Below are positions 63,034 to 64,000 of a stretch of 64,000 nt of DNA, in pieces. The translations under genes and the position numbers were made by a program. The DNA comes from Rhodobiaceae bacterium (GTDB lineage Bacteria > Pseudomonadota > Alphaproteobacteria > Rhizobiales > Tepidamorphaceae). Positions within the stretch are counted from its first letter, which is position 1. The number at the start of each line of letters is the position of its first letter. The notes beneath the pieces are model-generated. The model was given only the letters and a program-made list of their open reading frames with translations, was not told where the DNA came from and ran no database searches. The stretch lies in assembly GCA_020637985.1 (NCBI GenBank), contig JACKJK010000007.1:99112-163111 (forward strand), read 5' to 3'.

Positions 63034-64000
63034 ATGTCTAGCACCGTCATTACCCAGGACATGCTCATCATCATGAGCCCGGAGCTGCTGCTCGCGATCG
63101 GCGCGATGGTGCTGCTGATGATCGGCGCCTTCCGGTCCGACGGCGGGCTCGGTATCGTCACCGGCGGGGCCATCGCGATGATCATCACCGCTGCCGCGCT
63201 CGTGAACCTGATGCATGTGGGGGACACGGAGCTGTTTGGCGGCAGCATCATCATCGACGGGTTTTCCCGCTTCATGAAGACGCTGATCCTGATCGGCTCG
63301 GGCGTGGCGCTGATCATGTCGATCGACTGGATGCGGTCGGCGAACATGGACCGGTTCGAGTACCCGGTGCTGATCGTGCTGGCGACGCTCGGCATGCTCA
63401 TCATGGCGTCGGCGGGCGATCTGATCGCGCTCTACCTGGGTCTCGAACTGCAGAGCCTGTCGCTGTACGTGCTGGCCTCGATCCAGCGCGATTCGACGCG
63501 CTCGACGGAAGCCGGCCTGAAGTATTTCGCGCTTGGTGCGCTGTCGTCGGGCATGCTGCTCTATGGCAGCTCGCTGATCTACGGCTTCACCGGAACCATC
63601 AATCTGGCGCAGATCGCCACCATGGCCGGGCACGAGGGCGCCTCCGTGGGGCTCGTCTTCGGGCTGGTGTTCCTGATCGCGGGGCTCGCGTTCAAGGTGT
63701 CGGCGGTGCCGTTCCACATGTGGACGCCGGACGTCTACGAGGGCGCGCCGACGCCGGTCGCCGCCTTCTTCGCGGCTGCACCAAAGGTCGCAGCGATGGC
63801 GCTGTTCGTTCGCGTGCTGATTTCCGGTTTCCCGACGATGACGCCGGAGTGGCAGCAGATCATCGTGTTCGTGGCGATCGCGTCGATGGTGCTGGGCGCG
63901 TTCGCGGCGATCGGCCAGCGCAACATCAAGCGGCTGATGGCCTATTCGTCGATCGGCCACATGGGCTACGCGCTGGTCGGGCTTGCCGCCGGCAGCGAGG
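63034..64000 (+). CDS. nuoN: NADH-quinone oxidoreductase subunit N (runs off the window end)
   Basis: Hand translation: [52 protein letters not shown]. Confidence 0.96.
   Translation, partial: MSSTVITQDMLIIMSPELLLAIGAMVLLMIGAFRSDGGLGIVTGGAIAMIITAAALVNLMHVGDTELFGGSIIIDGFSRFMKTLILIGSGVALIMSIDWMRSANMDRFEYPVLIVLATLGMLIMASAGDLIALYLGLELQSLSLYVLASIQRDSTRSTEAGLKYFALGALSSGMLLYGSSLIYGFTGTINLAQIATMAGHEGASVGLVFGLVFLIAGLAFKVSAVPFHMWTPDVYEGAPTPVAAFFAAAPKVAAMALFVRVLISGFPTMTPEWQQIIVFVAIASMVLGAFAAIGQRNIKRLMAYSSIGHMGYALVGLAAGSE

Overview
High-GC alphaproteobacterial (Hyphomicrobiales/Rhizobiales-type) chromosomal window. Core genes in order: the end of the suf operon (sufC partial, sufD, sufS, sufT, sufA/iscA), a GGDEF cyclase, a DEAD-box helicase, an alpha/beta hydrolase, parE, glycerate kinase plus pyruvate kinase, glnB-glnA (sigma54 promoter, tandem NtrC boxes), nnr, tRNA-Leu, tig-clpP-clpX-lon-HU, tRNA-Val, tRNA-Asp and nuoA-nuoN (partial), with three extra ORFs inside the nuo operon. 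Two accessory regions lie between HU and nuoA. (1) A ~7.3 kb element integrated at the 3' end of tRNA-Val, bounded by a 23-bp attL/attR repeat and matching GCTACA arm-type repeats. It carries a DUF6538-type tyrosine integrase, a PIN-like nuclease preceded by a 2-TM protein (candidate defence module), a serine resolvase, a stop-interrupted thermonuclease gene, a Cys-rich secreted protein, a degenerate HNH-like protein, several small ORFs missing from the ORF track, and a structured repeat-bearing non-coding segment. (2) A DeoR-regulated cluster encoding a TmoX/ProX-like ABC importer, two choline/ethanolamine-kinase-like enzymes and two GcvT-family flavoenzymes, which looks like an uncharacterised N-methylamine catabolic pathway. 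All family calls come from motif recognition by eye; no database searches were run.
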